A stretch of 64,000 nt of DNA from Eubacteriales bacterium (GTDB taxonomy: Bacteria; Bacillota; Clostridia; Oscillospirales; CAG-382): the NCBI GenBank assembly GCA_045657425.1, contig JAZOTA010000081.1, positions 3,504 through 67,503 on the forward strand. Direction: 5' to 3'. The notes under the pieces were generated by a model that saw nothing but the letters and a program-made list of their open reading frames with translations, had not been told where the DNA came from and did not search any database. Position numbers and translations under genes: made by a program. Positions within the stretch are counted from its first letter, which is position 1. Each line of letters opens with the position of its first letter. Positions 23,060 through 33,715 of the stretch are shown piece after piece.

Positions 23060-23103
23060 ATAATGCGTTCATAGGTCACCCCTATGGGCGCATTATTGTT
23101 TTT
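23060..23103 (+). terminator. Terminator after the ferredoxin gene
   Basis: ATAATGCG..CATAGG/CCTATG..CGCATTAT stem followed by a T-rich tract. Confidence 0.65.
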
Positions 23104-23172
23104 CGGTGAAAAAATTTAAAAAATCATTTACCGTTTCGACAACCTTTGAAGCGGTATTTGTGATAGTATAAT

Positions 23173-23904
23173 ATGAGTGAGATACATACAAACAAAATCA
23201 ACGCATCCATCATATTGAACGAGCCCGACGGCGGTATCCGTTTTGGTACCGACGCGCTTTTACTTGCCGATTTTGCATCGGGAATGAAAAAAGGGCTTTG
23301 CGTCGATCTGGGCACCGGCTCGGGTGTTATTCCTCTGCTTTTGCTTGCAACGGGCTGCAAATCAAATTTTGTCGGTCTTGAGCTTCAGGAAAAATACGCA
23401 AGCGTTGCGGCTGAAAACGCATGCGTTAACGGTTTTTCCGACCGTTTTAAGGTGATGTGCGGAAACGCATCGGACCACCGCGTGCTTTTTGAAAGCGGAG
23501 GATTTGAAAGCGTTATTACCAATCCGCCTTATATGCGGAACGACTGCGGTGCGGAAAACGAAGCCGAAGCGCTTAATATCGCACGGCGCGAGATAATGGG
23601 CGGCGTTGATAATTTTCTTAAGGCGGCTGCCTGGTGCCTTAAAAGCGGCGGAAGCTTTTTTGCGGTGTACCGCCCCGACCGATTGGTAAATCTGCTTTGC
23701 GAGATGCGGAATAACAAAATCGAGCCGAAACGGCTTCGTGCCGTAGTTCCCTCGGTCGGCAAACGTCCGTCGCTGATACTCGTCGAGGGCAGAAAGGACG
23801 GCAAAGAAGGGCTTGTTTACGAAAACGACCTTATAATCTACACCGACGGATCGCATTCGGTACAAACCGAGGAAATGCAAAATATTTACAAAAAATTTGA
23901 ATAA
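23173..23904 (+). CDS. tRNA1(Val) adenine-N6-methyltransferase family (YabB/TrmN6-like)
   Basis: FGTDALLLADF, DLGTGSG, TNPPY, ARRE, EPKRLR. Confidence 0.85.
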   Translation: MSEIHTNKINASIILNEPDGGIRFGTDALLLADFASGMKKGLCVDLGTGSGVIPLLLLATGCKSNFVGLELQEKYASVAAENACVNGFSDRFKVMCGNASDHRVLFESGGFESVITNPPYMRNDCGAENEAEALNIARREIMGGVDNFLKAAAWCLKSGGSFFAVYRPDRLVNLLCEMRNNKIEPKRLRAVVPSVGKRPSLILVEGRKDGKEGLVYENDLIIYTDGSHSVQTEEMQNIYKKFE

Positions 23905-23919
23905 AGAAAGAAAACATAA

Positions 23920-26900
23920 ATGATTAAAAGAGCGCTTGCTACGGTTTTGATAATTCTTACCGTACTGCCTGCCGTGGTTTTGGCAGGCAGCGTTCTTTTT
24001 GCGCCCTATAACGGCTTTGAAGCGTTTGACAATGCCTGGGAAAGCTCGGTCGACGCCGCTTTGGGCAACGCAAGCCTAACAAGCAAACCGCTTTCCCCTC
24101 TCCCCGACGGCGAAAGATATATCGTTAAATTCAAGGACAGCGTTTCGTTACCGTCAATTGAAAATGCGCTTGAAGCAACCCAATACCGTCAGCTTGCCGA
24201 AAGCGAGCAAAGACTGTTTGCGATAAGCGACAAGAACGGAAAATTCATTGAAATGCACAAAGACCTTATCGAATACCACGAGGAAGACCTTGTGCGTGAA
24301 GCGTTTGCGCTTACCGACGACGCGGCAACTCTGCCGGCCTTCGAGGCAACCGGAATTTACGATGCGTGGGATACGGTAAAGGCGAAAAACGATATTATCG
24401 TTGCCGTTCTTGATACGGGTATAGACCGCACGCATGAGGATTTGCTTGATGCAAGCATTCTCCCCGGATACGATGCGGTAACCAAAACCGCAGGTGTTTA
24501 CGACGATGCTGTCGGCCACGGAACGGGCGTTATCGGACTTATCGCCGCAACGGCGGATAACGGAATCGGTATCGCAGGCGCGGCGCACGGCGTAAAGATT
24601 TTGCCGATCAAGGTTTCGGCAAGCAGTACGACGATTTATTCCTCGGATTTGGTTTCGGCAATACGCTTTGCCGCAAATTCGGGCGCAAAGGTAATCAATA
24701 TGTCGGTCGGTGGACTTTCATATTCCTATGCCGAGCAGGAGGCGGTAAATTATGCCGTTTCAAAGGGATGCATTCTCGTTTCCGCATCGGGTAACGGCGG
24801 CTTGCTCCCCTATGCCGACAAAAAAAGTTACCCTGCCTCCTATGAGGGCGTTATTTCGGTCGCATCCTGCGATGCAAACGGCGAAAGAAGTGCTTTTTCG
24901 CAGTATAACGATATGGTCGATATCGCCGCACCGGGCGAATCGGTTATCATACCCATTTTAGAAAACGGTGTTTCGGCATACCGCACCGATTCGGGAACGA
25001 GTTATTCCTGTGCGCTTGTAAGCGCGATTGCGGCACTTTCGGTTTCTGCCTGCGACGAGGGCGTGCGCTTTAACGGCGATGAATTTATGTCGCTCATTAT
25101 GAACACCTGCAACAAAACCCGTACCGACGAGCTGGGATTCGGCATTATCAACGCAAAGCCGATTGTCGAATCGGCAAATCTGCCGATAATCACGGGCGCT
25201 ATCGACGGAAGCATTTACAACGAAAGCATAAGAGTCGGCTTTAACCGAGGAAGCGCGATGCTCGACGGCGAGGATTTTGAAGACGGCGATGCCATCATCG
25301 CAAACGGCGCTCACGAGCTTAAAATAACCGACGGCGATTATGAAAACACCATTCACTTCCGCTTGGAATACGAGCCGTTTTCCTATGAATTCAAGGAATT
25401 TTCGGATTATGCCTATTTTGAGTTCAACCGAGGAAGCGCATTGCTTGACGGCTTCCCCTATTCGTCGGGCGAAAAGATAACAGCATCGGGCAGACACGAA
25501 TTTGTTATCACCGACGGAACCGAAACCTTCAGAAAAATCATCAACGTTCAATATACCCTGCCCGCTGTTTACGGAGTTGAGGACGGCGGAATTTATAATA
25601 ACCCCATCGAAATCTGCGTTGTCGGCGACGGCAAGGCGATGCTTGACGGAAAACGCTTTTACAATAGGATTGCCGTTGCCGAAAGCGGCGTGCATACCCT
25701 TTCGGTCGAAAGCGGAAACGGTGCGGTCAAAAAGGAATATACCTTTGAGATTGATTTCCCGTTTTCTCAGTTCACACAAACCGATTATGCACAATCGACC
25801 GCGGCGGTCGACGAGGAGAACGGCTATGCCTGCATCTACGGTGATTCGCTTGTCGGAGTACGCATTTACGACCTGAACAACCTTTCGCAATATCTGCATT
25901 TTATGCCGATAGGCCGCGTTTACGCCCATAAATTCACCGAAACCGAGCTGATTCTGGCAGGCGACGACGGAATTACGGTAATTTCACGCGCGGATGCGTT
26001 AAATCCCGAAGCGGCGGTTATCGGCAACTACAGTTTTGACGGAATAACACGTTATGCCTTTGCGGACGAAGCGATTTACTGTTTCGGAAACGAAAGCGTT
26101 TACCTGCTTGATATTGCGCTTTCGGAGCTTACGCATATAGCAAGTATCGGTTTTTCCTGTGAAAATGCAATTTATTCCGACGGCTTAATTTGTCTTACCT
26201 CCGACCAAGACGACAGATCGGTATATATCTTCAACACCGAAAACAATGCTCTTTTGGAATTTACCGTTGAAATCACGATCGATTCTCAACCGATCTATTT
26301 CGGATACGGATACCTTGCAATAGGCAACCGTCTGTTTAACGTTTTGCGCCAGACGGCGGTGCTTGAATTTTGCTCATACAACGTTATCCACATTGAAAAC
26401 GGACTTTTGTACAGCGAAAACGCGATAATCGATATTGCCTCGGGCAACGAGGTGGGCAGATTCCCCTTCCTTGTTTCGGATATCGCTTGGGGTACCGACA
26501 GCATTTACCTTTTCGGTCTTGAGCCGATAACGGCGAAGATTTCGGTCGGCGCCGAGGGCGTTTTTGCATACGGTGCGGCAAAGCCGACAGATATTGCCTT
26601 TTCACAGCCCGAAGCTTCGGACGGCTTCAGACAGACTCTGTTTACCGACGGCAATTCCAATGCGATTTCGGCGGTTGCAGGTCAAACCGACGTTTTTGCC
26701 TTGTTTAAGGATAAATACGCAATCTATTCCTTTGCGCTTGACGTGCTTACCGAAAAAGCACCCGTAACCTTGCGCTTTGAGCCCGAAAAGCTTTATCTTT
26801 CGGGCGGTTACCTTGCAGTTTCCTTTAAAAACGCGCCTTACGTTTATATTGCGCCCGAAAGCGATATTTCTTTGGGCACTTATATTTCGCTGCCCGAAAA

Positions 26901-29352
26901 ATGCGATTCCGCCTGTACCGTAAACGGTGTTCTCTATGCCGTTTCGGGCGGACGCCTGCTTTACTGCATCGCCGACGGAAGTGAGGAAGCCGCATTGTCG
27001 GTACGTGCACGCGCCGTTGCGACAGACGGAACACGCATCTACGTTCTTAACGGCACTACACTTACGGTGTATGACGAAAATTTTGTACGTCTGGCAGAGA
27101 GAAAGACCAACGACGGCGAGCTTTTCGTTGCAAACGGCGTTATTGTCGGCGGCACACTTTACGATGCGATGCTTTTCGCCGATTACGCAACGATCACAAA
27201 CCCGATAAGTCACGTTTACAACAACGTTTATTTCTCGGGTAACGGAATTTACGACATTCTTACCTCACGCTTTATCGGTACCATTGGCGTTGAATCGCCC
27301 GATGCGATATGCGTAAGTGCGGACGGATTTGTTATCGCCTTCGGAGGCAGTGCAGTAACTGTTTCAAAATATGCCGATGCGCACGATTCTTTGTTGCCGC
27401 CCGTTATCGAGGGCATTGCGGACGGTGAGATCTACAACGGCAGTGCAACCGTCACCTTCTCCGAGGGTATCGGTCATATCGACGGCAATCCGATCGAATC
27501 GGGAACCGCTGTTACCGAGGCAGGCGCGCATATCTTCGTGCTTACTCTCCCCTTCGGCCAAAGCATTTCTGTCGGATTTACTGTTGAAGCAAATATCGAA
27601 AAAATCGAATTTCTCGTGCCCGACCGCACTATGTCGGTCGGCGAAACCATAACTCTGCGTATGCGCTTCCTTCCCGACGGCGCAAGCTCGGTGCCCGTCA
27701 CATATTCCTGCGATTCCGACGGCTTGAGCTTTGGCGATATGGGTGAGGTCACCGCACTCCGCACGGGCGTTTACAAGGTAACGGCTACCGTCGTGACCGA
27801 TTACGGAACCTTTACGGCAGAGAACACGATAACCGTCCGCGATGACCTTATAACCTTTAAGGACGGCAGCGGAATAAACATCGACCGCGACATGCTGTTG
27901 CTTTACGGAATCACACCCGGAAGCAAGGCAAACGATATTTTAAAGCTCCTTTCGGACAAAAAGGACGCACATTTTCTTGACGAAAGCAAGCGCGAGGTAA
28001 AGGGCGTTATCGCAACCGGACATACTCTTGTGCTTTACGACAAGGACGGCGAGATCACCGACAGTCTTACCGTTGTAATACGCGGCGATACCGACGGCGA
28101 CGGCTTTATTACCGCTTACGATATGTTCGTTCTCGAGCGTATGCTGAAAAATCACAAATACTCGCTCGTTTATTTGCAGGCGGGTGATATTAACGGCAAC
28201 GGTGTGCTTGCCGACAACGATTTCCGTGCATTGCGCAATATCGTTCTCCGCCGCACCAATGACGTTATCGGCACTCCCGACAGTAACCTTTTCGGCTCGG
28301 TCAACGTTCAGGCACCGACGCATATCGAGAACGGTGATATTATCGATATAGCACTTTGCCTTAACGGCTCGAAATATGCGCGCGGCATCGACGGCGTTAT
28401 CAAATACGGAGAAGGACTTGAATTTATCGAGGGCGTAACGACCGGCTGGGACGGCAGATGCCGTGATATCGGGGGCAACAGAATTGGACTTTTCGCCTAC
28501 GACCACAAGGGCAAGGAATGCAACAAAGCCTTTTTCGTGATAATATCGCTTAAATTCCGCGTAACCGCCAAGGCAGGCGAAACGGTTGGAATATCCGCCG
28601 AAACGCTTACCGCCTCGTTTGAAAGCGGTGCAAAGCGCTTGCGCTTTGACGATGCCGAATTTAATGTAAGCGAGAAAAGGGTCGGCGATTTCAGAATTGA
28701 CATTCTCAACGCCAAATCCTTTGAATTTGATCCTGCGGTTTACGAATACGAGGGAATAACCATTCCCTACGACAGCGCTCTTGCCGATATTGCGATAACG
28801 CACGATGAAAACAGCGTTATTTCGGTTTCGGGACAGGTAATACCCAACGACGGCTTTGCAACGATAACCGTAAGCCGTGTTACCGACGGCGGCGAAAATG
28901 AGGTTTATACCCTCAACGTCCGCCGAGAAAGCGAGCCGCGATTTGACTCGAACTGCAAGCTCGATTCGCTTGAAATAGAGGGCTTTAAGCTTCTCCCTGC
29001 GTTTAACCCCGACGTTACCGAATACAGCATTTCGGTGCCGTACGGAACGCAAAAGATTAATATTCACTGCAAGGCGCAAAGCACGACCGCGCAGGTAATT
29101 ATCGGCGACACGACACTTTATTCCGAAAACAACACGGTAACCGTAACAGTCATCTCGCCCGACGGCGAATTGCTTGTTTATACTATCCACGCAACGGTAT
29201 TGCCGAAGGTCGAGGAATCGTCCGAGCCGATAATCGAGCCTCCCGAGGAAGCCGATAACACGCTTCTTCCCATAATCTTCGTTTCAGCGATTGCCGGTGT
29301 TTTGGTAATCATTACACTTTTTGTAATCGTTAAGAAAAAGAAAAGCAACTAA
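23920..29352 (+). CDS. Cell-surface S8 serine peptidase with Ig-like, dockerin, cohesin-like and cadherin-like modules and a C-terminal TM anchor
   Basis: Signal peptide; triad VAVLDTG / HGT / GTS; dockerin repeats GDTDGDGFITAYD and GDINGNGVLADND; FNPDVTEYSISVP cadherin-like motif; TM helix plus KKKKSN. Confidence 0.85.
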   Translation: MIKRALATVLIILTVLPAVVLAGSVLFAPYNGFEAFDNAWESSVDAALGNASLTSKPLSPLPDGERYIVKFKDSVSLPSIENALEATQYRQLAESEQRLFAISDKNGKFIEMHKDLIEYHEEDLVREAFALTDDAATLPAFEATGIYDAWDTVKAKNDIIVAVLDTGIDRTHEDLLDASILPGYDAVTKTAGVYDDAVGHGTGVIGLIAATADNGIGIAGAAHGVKILPIKVSASSTTIYSSDLVSAIRFAANSGAKVINMSVGGLSYSYAEQEAVNYAVSKGCILVSASGNGGLLPYADKKSYPASYEGVISVASCDANGERSAFSQYNDMVDIAAPGESVIIPILENGVSAYRTDSGTSYSCALVSAIAALSVSACDEGVRFNGDEFMSLIMNTCNKTRTDELGFGIINAKPIVESANLPIITGAIDGSIYNESIRVGFNRGSAMLDGEDFEDGDAIIANGAHELKITDGDYENTIHFRLEYEPFSYEFKEFSDYAYFEFNRGSALLDGFPYSSGEKITASGRHEFVITDGTETFRKIINVQYTLPAVYGVEDGGIYNNPIEICVVGDGKAMLDGKRFYNRIAVAESGVHTLSVESGNGAVKKEYTFEIDFPFSQFTQTDYAQSTAAVDEENGYACIYGDSLVGVRIYDLNNLSQYLHFMPIGRVYAHKFTETELILAGDDGITVISRADALNPEAAVIGNYSFDGITRYAFADEAIYCFGNESVYLLDIALSELTHIASIGFSCENAIYSDGLICLTSDQDDRSVYIFNTENNALLEFTVEITIDSQPIYFGYGYLAIGNRLFNVLRQTAVLEFCSYNVIHIENGLLYSENAIIDIASGNEVGRFPFLVSDIAWGTDSIYLFGLEPITAKISVGAEGVFAYGAAKPTDIAFSQPEASDGFRQTLFTDGNSNAISAVAGQTDVFALFKDKYAIYSFALDVLTEKAPVTLRFEPEKLYLSGGYLAVSFKNAPYVYIAPESDISLGTYISLPEKCDSACTVNGVLYAVSGGRLLYCIADGSEEAALSVRARAVATDGTRIYVLNGTTLTVYDENFVRLAERKTNDGELFVANGVIVGGTLYDAMLFADYATITNPISHVYNNVYFSGNGIYDILTSRFIGTIGVESPDAICVSADGFVIAFGGSAVTVSKYADAHDSLLPPVIEGIADGEIYNGSATVTFSEGIGHIDGNPIESGTAVTEAGAHIFVLTLPFGQSISVGFTVEANIEKIEFLVPDRTMSVGETITLRMRFLPDGASSVPVTYSCDSDGLSFGDMGEVTALRTGVYKVTATVVTDYGTFTAENTITVRDDLITFKDGSGINIDRDMLLLYGITPGSKANDILKLLSDKKDAHFLDESKREVKGVIATGHTLVLYDKDGEITDSLTVVIRGDTDGDGFITAYDMFVLERMLKNHKYSLVYLQAGDINGNGVLADNDFRALRNIVLRRTNDVIGTPDSNLFGSVNVQAPTHIENGDIIDIALCLNGSKYARGIDGVIKYGEGLEFIEGVTTGWDGRCRDIGGNRIGLFAYDHKGKECNKAFFVIISLKFRVTAKAGETVGISAETLTASFESGAKRLRFDDAEFNVSEKRVGDFRIDILNAKSFEFDPAVYEYEGITIPYDSALADIAITHDENSVISVSGQVIPNDGFATITVSRVTDGGENEVYTLNVRRESEPRFDSNCKLDSLEIEGFKLLPAFNPDVTEYSISVPYGTQKINIHCKAQSTTAQVIIGDTTLYSENNTVTVTVISPDGELLVYTIHATVLPKVEESSEPIIEPPEEADNTLLPIIFVSAIAGVLVIITLFVIVKKKKSN

Positions 29353-29358
29353 AAAATT

Positions 29359-29388
29359 AAACCCGACGGTTTGAGTCCGTCGGGTTTT
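29359..29388. terminator. Bidirectional terminator
   Basis: AAACCCGACGG-N7-CCGTCGGGTTT. Confidence 0.8.
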
Positions 29389-29396
29389 CCTTTATA

Positions 29397-30716
29397 TTAT
29401 TTGTCTTCCAAACGCTTCAAATCTTCGCTGACGTCATCCTTGACCTTGATCATACCGACCGCCTTTAATTCGCTCTTGCCGAAGACCTTAATCGATTGGT
29501 CGCTGTTCATTTTGACCTTGATCCTGCCCGTAAGGAAGCTGCTTTCAACGATAACGCCTCTGCCCTTGGGGGTTTCAACAATGGTATCTACCTTCGGGAA
29601 GGTAGCATATTCTCTTTCATAGGTATCGTGCTCAAAGCGCAGACAGCACATAAGACGTCCGCACGCGCCGCTTATCTTCGAGGATGAAAGTGAAAGGTTT
29701 TGGTCCTTTGCCATTTTTATCGAAACCTGTGTGAAATCGGGGAGGAAGGTGTTGCAGCAGAAGGGTCTGCCGCAGCTGCCCAAGCCGCCGAAAAGCTTTG
29801 CTTCGTCACGCACGCCGATTTGACGCAATTCGATTCTCGTGCGGAAAACACCTGCAAGGTCTTTGACCAATTCACGGAAGTCAACTCTGCCGTCGGCGGT
29901 GAAATAGAAGCATAGCTTTGCGTTGTCGTGCGTATATTCAACGTCGACAAGCTGCATATCAAGTCCGTTTTTGGCAACCTTTTCGTGCCAGATCGGCTTT
30001 GCGCTTTCTTCAAGCTTGCGGTTTTCCGCATTACGAAGGTCATCCTCCTTCGTTGCCTTACGAAGCACCGGCTTCAAGGGGAAAACGACCTCGGAAGCGC
30101 CGACCTTTTTGTTGCCCAATGCAACCTCGCCGTATTCAACACCGCGCACGGTTTCAACGATTGCGTGCTCGCCCTTTTCAAAGGTAATATCGTTGGGCGA
30201 GAAATAATATATCTTACTGCCGTTGCGGAATTTGATTCCGACAACCTCAATGTTCTTTTCTTCCTCGGGCTCGGCAGGTGTTATCGGTTCTTCATCGTAA
30301 TCGAACAGATATTTACGTTCGGGCTCGGGCTCGGGAACAAAGCCGCTTTCGGTCTTTTCCTCCTGCGGAGAAACCTTTTTCTTATCGTTATGTCTTTGGC
30401 GGTCGTTGCGGTTATGGCGCTGACGTCCCTGCTCGTTTTGTTCCTTTTGCTCTTTGGGCTCCTTTTGCGCCTTTTGTTCCTTTTTGGGCGCTTCGGCAGC
30501 CGCTTTGGGATTTTGAGCTTCGGCAGCCTCGGCAACGACTGCTTCGTTTACCGATTCGGGCTTTACCTTCGGCTTGTTGCCGAAGCTTTTACCGTGTCTG
30601 CCGCGGCGATGATTGTTGCGGCGGTTATGAAAGTTTCCGCCCTCGTGCTTACCGTTGCCCTTTTCACGGTTTTCGTTGTTATTCATATTGTTATTTCCGT
30701 TGTTTTCCATATCCAA
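29397..30716 (-). CDS. ricT: PSP1-domain protein RicT/YaaT with a long low-complexity N-terminus
   Basis: FYFTADGRVDFRELVKDLA, RIELRQIGVRDE, CGRPFCC, GACGRLMCCL; follows holB. Confidence 0.88.
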   Translation of the reverse strand: MDMENNGNNNMNNNENREKGNGKHEGGNFHNRRNNHRRGRHGKSFGNKPKVKPESVNEAVVAEAAEAQNPKAAAEAPKKEQKAQKEPKEQKEQNEQGRQRHNRNDRQRHNDKKKVSPQEEKTESGFVPEPEPERKYLFDYDEEPITPAEPEEEKNIEVVGIKFRNGSKIYYFSPNDITFEKGEHAIVETVRGVEYGEVALGNKKVGASEVVFPLKPVLRKATKEDDLRNAENRKLEESAKPIWHEKVAKNGLDMQLVDVEYTHDNAKLCFYFTADGRVDFRELVKDLAGVFRTRIELRQIGVRDEAKLFGGLGSCGRPFCCNTFLPDFTQVSIKMAKDQNLSLSSSKISGACGRLMCCLRFEHDTYEREYATFPKVDTIVETPKGRGVIVESSFLTGRIKVKMNSDQSIKVFGKSELKAVGMIKVKDDVSEDLKRLEDK

Positions 30717-30734
30717 TACTCCGTTTTTTCTTTT

Positions 30735-31688
30735 TTACCGCGCCGCCCTCATTAAATCGGTCGCAAGCTTCGTTGCGGTTGCGGTCACGTTGCCGTTGCC
30801 GTCAAGCGCAGCCACACAAGCAGTTGCCGTTTCGCCGATTTGCGACAGCACACGCTTCGATGCGTTTTTAACTATCTCGGCAAGCTCCTTCTTCCTCGGC
30901 GCAAGCGCACCCTCAACTCCGTATCTTGCCTTTTCGCATTCGTTTGCGATCGTAATAAGCTCGATTATTATCGGCCGAAGCTGATCGCGTTTGTATTTCG
31001 GAAGCACAAGCGCGGTTAGAAGCTCGTAATTTTTCTTTTCAAGCGTATATAAAAGCAGATTTTCCGCTTTTTCACGAATATTTGTGTTTTCCTTTGAAAG
31101 GTATTTTTCGGCGGCACCATAGTTTCCGCCTGCTCTTTTTACGGCGGCATCGATATCCGCTTTGTTTGCCGAGGGATATTTTTCGACAAGCTTGTCCAAA
31201 AGCTCAAAATCCTTTAAGCCGTCAAGATGAATCCTTTGTCCGCGCGAAAGCACTGTCGGTAAAAGCGACGAGCGGCTTTCGGTAAGCAAAAATATCGCAA
31301 CGGTGGAGGGTGGCTCCTCGAAGAGCTTCAAAAGAGCATTTTGCGCTTCCTCGCGAAGCTTGTTTGCATTGCAGATAATAAATATCTGCTTTTCGGATTC
31401 GTTTGGCTTAAGCGAGGCGCGTGCGATCAGACGGCGCACGTCGTCAATGCTTGCCGTTTTTTCGTTGCCGATAATATAAATATCGGGATGATTGTTTGAA
31501 CGCGCCATTTTACAGCTTTTACAGTAACCGCAGGGCTTATTGCTTTCGGTGCAAAGCATTGCGCGTGCCGCTTCAAGCGCAAAATCGGTCTTGCCCACTC
31601 CGTCGGCGCCGTCGACGATATAAGCGTGCGAGCAAACGCCGTTCCTTGCTTTTTCAAAAAACAGGCGCAATTCGTCGCTGTTATACAT
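30735..31688 (-). CDS. holB: DNA polymerase III delta' subunit
   Basis: HAYI..GADGVGKT, Zn finger, HPDI, AQNALLK.FEEPP, LLPTVLSR; start reset to ATG 31688 after GAGGTG. Confidence 0.88.
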   Translation of the reverse strand: MYNSDELRLFFEKARNGVCSHAYIVDGADGVGKTDFALEAARAMLCTESNKPCGYCKSCKMARSNNHPDIYIIGNEKTASIDDVRRLIARASLKPNESEKQIFIICNANKLREEAQNALLKLFEEPPSTVAIFLLTESRSSLLPTVLSRGQRIHLDGLKDFELLDKLVEKYPSANKADIDAAVKRAGGNYGAAEKYLSKENTNIREKAENLLLYTLEKKNYELLTALVLPKYKRDQLRPIIIELITIANECEKARYGVEGALAPRKKELAEIVKNASKRVLSQIGETATACVAALDGNGNVTATATKLATDLMRAAR

Positions 31689-31781
31689 CAAAGGCACCTC
31701 CCGTTCAAACAAAATTATTTGACCTCATTATTATAATAACACAAAAATTTGTAATTGAAAAGGGATTTAGCAAAAAATAAT

Positions 31782-31810
31782 TTGACAAAACGCAAAAAAA
31801 GATATAAACT
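31782..31810 (+). promoter_or_regulatory. Sigma-A promoter
   Basis: TTGACA-N17-TAAACT. Confidence 0.6.
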
Positions 31811-31850
31811 GAATTGATTAATAATCGTTTTTTGTTCGGGAGGAAGAGAT

Positions 31851-32681
31851 ATGAGCATTATCGTCGGCATTGACGTTGGCGGAAGCACAACGAAGATCGT
31901 CGGATTCGACGGCAACAAGCTTTTAGCGCCGATACTTGTAAAGGCAACCGATCCGATTGCTTCGGTTTACGGAGGATTCGGAAAATTTACAAGCGATAAC
32001 AAAATATCGCTTCATGATATCGAAAAGATTATGGTTACGGGTGTCGGTTCGGCATTTATCGGCGATAACATTTACGGCATCGAAACCATTCATATCAACG
32101 AATTTACCGCAAACGGCAAGGGCGGACTTTATTTAAGCGGCATTGACGAGGCGGTTATCGTAAGCATGGGCACGGGCACCGCATACGTTTATGCAAACGG
32201 CAGCACCAAGGAATTTATCCACCTTGGCGGTACGGGTGTCGGCGGCGGCACTTTGGTCGGACTTGCCGACAAGCTCATCGGCGTTCACTCGGTGCAAAAC
32301 GTTGCAAATCTTGCGCTTGAGGGCAACCTCGAAAATATCGACCTTCGCATTTGCGACATTACCGATGCGGCAATAAGCCCTGCGCTTAAGGACAATACGA
32401 CCGCATCGAATTTCGGCAAGATAAGCGACCTTGCATCGCGCGAGGATATTGCGCTCGGACTTTTGAACATGGTCTACGAAACGATCGCAATGATGGCTAT
32501 CTTTTCGGCACGCACAAAAAACACACGTGACATTATTCTTATCGGTCACCTCGCAGTGCTTCCTCAATCGAAGGAAATCTTCGACAAGCTTAAAAATATG
32601 TTCAACGTAAATATAATCATCCCCGAAAACGCCGCTTACGGCACGGTTATCGGTGCGGCGCTTGAGGGCTTGGGCAACTGA
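31851..32681 (+). CDS. coaW: Type II pantothenate kinase (CoaW/Fumble family)
   Basis: GIDVGGSTTK, TGVG, NEF, SMGTGT, GGTGVGGGT, TASNFGK. Confidence 0.8.
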   Translation: MSIIVGIDVGGSTTKIVGFDGNKLLAPILVKATDPIASVYGGFGKFTSDNKISLHDIEKIMVTGVGSAFIGDNIYGIETIHINEFTANGKGGLYLSGIDEAVIVSMGTGTAYVYANGSTKEFIHLGGTGVGGGTLVGLADKLIGVHSVQNVANLALEGNLENIDLRICDITDAAISPALKDNTTASNFGKISDLASREDIALGLLNMVYETIAMMAIFSARTKNTRDIILIGHLAVLPQSKEIFDKLKNMFNVNIIIPENAAYGTVIGAALEGLGN

Positions 32682-32695
32682 CGAAAGGGCGAAAA

Positions 32696-33085
32696 ATGGC
32701 TGAAAACAACAGATGGAACAAAAAAATATTTGCTATGCTGCTTAATGAGGCAAAGGGTGTCCGCTCGTGGCGACAGTTTGCCGCAGATTGCGATATAAGC
32801 TACGTCCAGATGCGAAAGCTTGCGCTCGGCACACAGGAAAATCCCCCCCGTCCGAAGCTTATTCGCAAGGTCGCTTCGCATGCGTTTGGCGAGATCGACC
32901 TTGCAGACCTTATGTTTGCCGCAGGCATTCACACGGGCGATTCGTTTGCCTTCCGTGAAAATGCTGCCTTAAACGAAACACCGCTTGACAAATACCGTTC
33001 GCTTCCTCCGAAGGCACGCAAGACTATTGATAAATTTATCGAATTTCTTGCGTCGGAGGTGGAAAAGGGCAATTCCTTCGATTAA
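32696..33085 (+). CDS. XRE-like HTH protein
   Basis: SWRQFAADCDISYVQMRKL..P.P...IRK.A...DLMFAAG pattern. Confidence 0.65.
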   Translation: MAENNRWNKKIFAMLLNEAKGVRSWRQFAADCDISYVQMRKLALGTQENPPRPKLIRKVASHAFGEIDLADLMFAAGIHTGDSFAFRENAALNETPLDKYRSLPPKARKTIDKFIEFLASEVEKGNSFD

Positions 33086-33381
33086 AAGAAAATCAAAAAC
33101 GCAAGTATCAAGACGAACATGTCGTTGTCGCCGTCCGAATCGAGAAGCAAAAGTATTCCTATTGCAATAAGTATCAGGTCGTCGAGCTTCAAATCGCGCA
33201 AAAAATCGAGCTTTAAGCCCTTTTTTCTTTCGCGTATCGGCTCTATCTTTTCCTCCGGCGGCTCGCGCTCGTATTCCCTTTCATATTCCCTCTCGGCACG
33301 CTCACGCGATTCGTTGTATTCCCTCTCGTAGTTATAAAGCTGACCCTCGCTTTTTATTCCGCCGAAATCTCGGTTGTACAC
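33082..33381 (-). CDS. Small hypothetical protein with EYER repeats and hydrophobic C-terminus
   Basis: REYEREYERE repeat, DDLILIAI..LLL..D.D tail; GTG start. Confidence 0.65.
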   Translation of the reverse strand: MYNRDFGGIKSEGQLYNYEREYNESRERAEREYEREYEREPPEEKIEPIRERKKGLKLDFLRDLKLDDLILIAIGILLLLDSDGDNDMFVLILAFLIFF

Positions 33382-33391
33382 AAAAAACGCC

Positions 33392-33715
33392 TCACTTTCT
33401 GAAGTTTTTCATTACCGAAGCAAGCGTTAACGCCTGCGCCAAGGCATCCACACGGTCGCGGCGGTCTTCCCTTATCAACGGCTTTAAGGAAACGAGCAGA
33501 GCAAGGCGCGGATCACTGCTTTGAGCGCCCGGAATGGGAAGATTCAGTTTGTCTAAACCGCCGAAAGCGTTTGTGTTTACCGCGGTTTGTGTCGGTTCCT
33601 CTGTCGGCTTTTCCTTTCCCATGCCCGAAGCTATCGCGGTTATTTTCGCCATTGCCTCGGGGTCGGATAAAACAGATTTCAGTTTTTCGGAGAAATCACC
33701 GTCCAACGTCAACAC
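33392..33715 (-). CDS. Small hypothetical protein
   Basis: L..VLSDPEAMAKI...A and DPRLALL..LKP.....R...VD motifs; operon-like overlap with neighbours. Confidence 0.7.
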   Translation of the reverse strand: MLTLDGDFSEKLKSVLSDPEAMAKITAIASGMGKEKPTEEPTQTAVNTNAFGGLDKLNLPIPGAQSSDPRLALLVSLKPLIREDRRDRVDALAQALTLASVMKNFRK

